Origin: Eledone cirrhosa
Taxonomy: Eukaryota
Direction: 5' to 3'
Length of the DNA: 64,000 nt
NCBI GenBank assembly: GCA_964016885.1
Contig: OZ024742.1
Coordinates: forward strand, 77,500,001-77,564,000
The notes below the pieces were generated by a model. That model had not been told where the DNA came from, did no database searches, and was given only the letters and a program-made list of their open reading frames with translations. Shown piece after piece: positions 63,517 through 64,000 of the stretch. Positions within the stretch are counted from its first letter, which is position 1; each line of letters opens with the position of its first letter. A program made the translations under genes and the position numbers.

Positions 63517-63617
63517 CTACTAACCAACAACAGGGAATAGCGATGTGGCAGTTTTATAGCATTACCGACGCAACCACCACACCTTCTGTCTCGCTGCAAC
63601 GGTGACTCGAGATTTAA

Positions 63618-63658
<41 letters not shown>

Positions 63659-63790
63659 ATAAACATAATAAACATATCAAACAATTACAGTGGATAATTG
63701 GCGAAGAGTGTAAACACACGTAGTTTTGGAGGCAACATTAAAAATTAACAAGGAGCTTGAATATAAGACACCTTGCAATAATGATTAATC

Positions 63791-63876
63791 TCCTTTGTAT
63801 ATATTCCATCGAATAAATATATTTTACCCTTAATCGGTGAATCATACATACCAAATCTTGGTTCATCAGCAAAGGA
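63791..63876 (-). ncRNA. Degenerate long-stem-II hammerhead
   Basis: Reverse complement reads tcctttg CTGATGA ... GGAA tata TA caaagga; 7-bp stem I, GAAA changed to GGAA. Confidence 0.45.
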
Positions 63877-64000
63877 AAAGATTTAACTATCTATGATTAC
63901 ACGCCATAAACAAACCTGAGAATAACGACTAAAATCACATGTGGTTTTAAAAAGTACAGATCGCGCGCCGTCAAGCCAGTGGCGTGAATAGGCTATCTCC

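Overview
AT-rich eukaryotic (animal) intergenic or intronic DNA. The SINE families and the very large (TA)n/(CA)n load resemble octopus/coleoid genomes; this is an inference. I can support no host gene, and most ORF-track entries are microsatellite artefacts. Transposon content: a near full-length decayed Penelope-like element (PLE) with pseudo-LTRs (47.5-51.9 kb), two further PLE fragments, a DD37D Tc1/mariner relic, R4/Dong-like and RTE LINE fragments, SINEs, MITE-like fold-backs and a probable non-autonomous Helitron. The main signal is type I hammerhead ribozyme (HHR) motifs found by eye: about 21 with an intact CUGANGA...GAAA core and about 13 degenerate. They sit mostly in short non-coding elements inserted into (TA)n tracts. 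They include (i) a three-locus family of 422-470 bp tandem or inverted retrozyme-like units whose HHR stems co-vary, (ii) HHRs with unusually long, branched stem II inserts, and (iii) fold-back elements carrying HHRs on both strands. All structures were read manually and not computed.
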